Positions 62,769 through 64,000 of a DNA stretch of 64,000 nucleotides are shown piece after piece. The stretch is from positions 1,440,001-1,504,000 of the forward strand of contig CAVWLP010000003.1 in the NCBI GenBank assembly GCA_963755915.1, written 5' to 3'. A program made the position numbers and the translations under genes. Every line of letters starts with the position of its first letter. The stretch's first letter is position 1. Origin of the DNA: an uncultured Phycisphaerales bacterium. GTDB taxonomy: Bacteria > Planctomycetota > Phycisphaerae > Tepidisphaerales > Tepidisphaeraceae. The notes below the pieces were generated by a model. It did no database searches and was not told where the DNA came from. It saw only the letters and a program-made list of their open reading frames with translations.

Positions 62769-62795
62769 TGGTATCGGATGGTCCATTTATGGTAT
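62769..62795 (+). promoter_or_regulatory. TGGTAY array in the M24/DSD1 divergent intergenic region
   Basis: TGGTAT (62769), TGGTCC (62779), TGGTAT (62790). Confidence 0.55.
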
Positions 62796-62880
62796 CACAG
62801 CGTTTTAGACTGGCGAGCGCGTTTTGGCAAACGTGGTATCCGCTTCGATCGGAAACATTTGTTGGAAATCGAAACCGGCG

Positions 62881-63978
62881 ATGAACTTTCCTGCTGAAAG
62901 CTTCCAAACGCCCGCGATTGTCATCGACGAAGCCATTGTCGATCGCAATCTATCGCGGATGGCGGCGTACCTCGCGCAGCATAATATCGCTCTGCGCCCG
63001 CATACAAAAACGCATAAGTCGATCGAGATGGCGCGGCGCCAAATGGCGTGCGGCGCGATTGGACTTACCGTCGCGAAGGTCGGCGAGGCCGAAGGAATGG
63101 CCGAAGCGTGTGAAGAAATTCTGATGGCCTATCCGGCTGTGGATCGAGCGCGATGCGCTCGGCTGGCGGCGCTGGCAACAAAAAAAAGAATTCTGGTCGC
63201 CGTCGATTCGGAATTCGCGCTGGCCGCACTTTCCGAATCCGCGCTGGCCGCCGGATCGATCATCGGCGTTCTTGTAGACTTAGACGTCGGAATGCATCGC
63301 ACGGGCGTGCAGACTCCGCATGCGGCGCGCGAGCTCGCCCGGCAGGTCAGCCGCACGTCGTCGCTACGGCTCGGGGGTTTGTTCTTTTATCCGGGCCATG
63401 TTTGGAGCCCGGTGCATCAACAAGCCGAATCGCTACTGCAAATTGCCGCTCGACTGGAAGAAACGCTTTCGCTTTGGTCGCGCGATGGACTGGCCGCCCG
63501 GATCGTGTCCGGAGGCTCCACGCCGACGGCATATCAATCGCGTTTGATTTCTCAACTGACCGAAATCCGCCCCGGGACTTACATTTACAACGACATGAAC
63601 ACGGTTTCCGCGGGCTTTTGCGGCCTGGATGATTGCGCCGCGAGCATCATTTGCACGGTCGTCAGTTCCGCGGTTCCGGGAAAAGTCGTTGTGGACGCGG
63701 GGACAAAAACCTTGACCAGCGATCGCAACGCGACCAAACCCGAGACCGGGCATGGGTACGTTATGGAATATCCGGGTGCGAAGATAGCTCGGCTAACCGA
63801 AGAGCATGGGGAAATTGACGTTAGCGCGTGCGAGCGAGTTCCAGCAATCGGCGAACGAATTCATATTATTCCCAATCACATTTGTCCCTGTGTGAACCTG
63901 CAGGATTATGCGTGGCTTCGCGCTCCAGGCGGGGAACTAACCAGGCTCAAGATCGACACGCGAGGAAAAGTTTCGTAG
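62881..63978 (+). CDS. DSD1/D-threonine aldolase family PLP enzyme (fold type III)
   Basis: LRPHTKTHKS (PLP Lys), TVAKVGEAE, HRTGV, SGGSTPT, RPGTYIYND, DAGTK, EEHG, PNHICPCVN. Confidence 0.92.
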   Translation: MNFPAESFQTPAIVIDEAIVDRNLSRMAAYLAQHNIALRPHTKTHKSIEMARRQMACGAIGLTVAKVGEAEGMAEACEEILMAYPAVDRARCARLAALATKKRILVAVDSEFALAALSESALAAGSIIGVLVDLDVGMHRTGVQTPHAARELARQVSRTSSLRLGGLFFYPGHVWSPVHQQAESLLQIAARLEETLSLWSRDGLAARIVSGGSTPTAYQSRLISQLTEIRPGTYIYNDMNTVSAGFCGLDDCAASIICTVVSSAVPGKVVVDAGTKTLTSDRNATKPETGHGYVMEYPGAKIARLTEEHGEIDVSACERVPAIGERIHIIPNHICPCVNLQDYAWLRAPGGELTRLKIDTRGKVS

Positions 63979-64000
63979 ATATCCGCCGGGAAATGTCATC

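Larger units (their letters stand above)
5350..64000. mobile_element. tRNA-Ser-anchored genomic island (left end; right end outside window)
   Basis: Tyrosine integrase 124 nt after the tRNA 3' end, serine recombinase remnant next, abrupt switch from housekeeping to catabolic accessory genes; right boundary not seen. Confidence 0.7.

Noticed and set aside
1-64000. CRISPR array, rRNA, IS transposases, phage structural or defence genes
   Set aside because: No regularly spaced 25-40 bp repeats or recognisable motifs were seen by eye.

Overview
GC-rich bacterial DNA, most likely Planctomycetota (Phycisphaerae/Tepidisphaerales-like, inferred from a PEP-CTERM + dockerin surface protein). Positions 1-5350 are core chromosome: purB, a sigma-54 activator with no input domain, aroA, a NiCoT Ni/Co permease and tRNA-Ser(GGA). 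Directly after the tRNA are a tyrosine integrase and a truncated serine recombinase. They mark the left end of a genomic island that runs past the window end; no attR was seen. The island is a >55 kb catabolic locus. It encodes an ABC sugar transporter, many uncharacterised glycoside-hydrolase-like proteins (GH106-like, two DUF6259-like, DUF4838, an (alpha/alpha)6 barrel, two beta-propellers, a PEP-CTERM enzyme), esterases/deacetylases and sugar-acid enzymes. It also has an unusually large amide/amino-acid set: M20 and M24 peptidases, two amidohydrolases, three aminotransferases, a DSD1/D-threonine-aldolase-like enzyme and RidA. About ten intergenic regions carry 10-bp-phased TGGTAY repeats, including a 33/35-bp identical promoter copied 26 kb apart. 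This suggests one regulon, probably run by the island's GntR-LacI hybrid regulator. About 21 frameshifts, including in essential purB and aroA, all map at or beside GCGC. That points to methylation-linked long-read errors rather than pseudogenes. All family assignments are from motif recognition by eye; no database searches were run.
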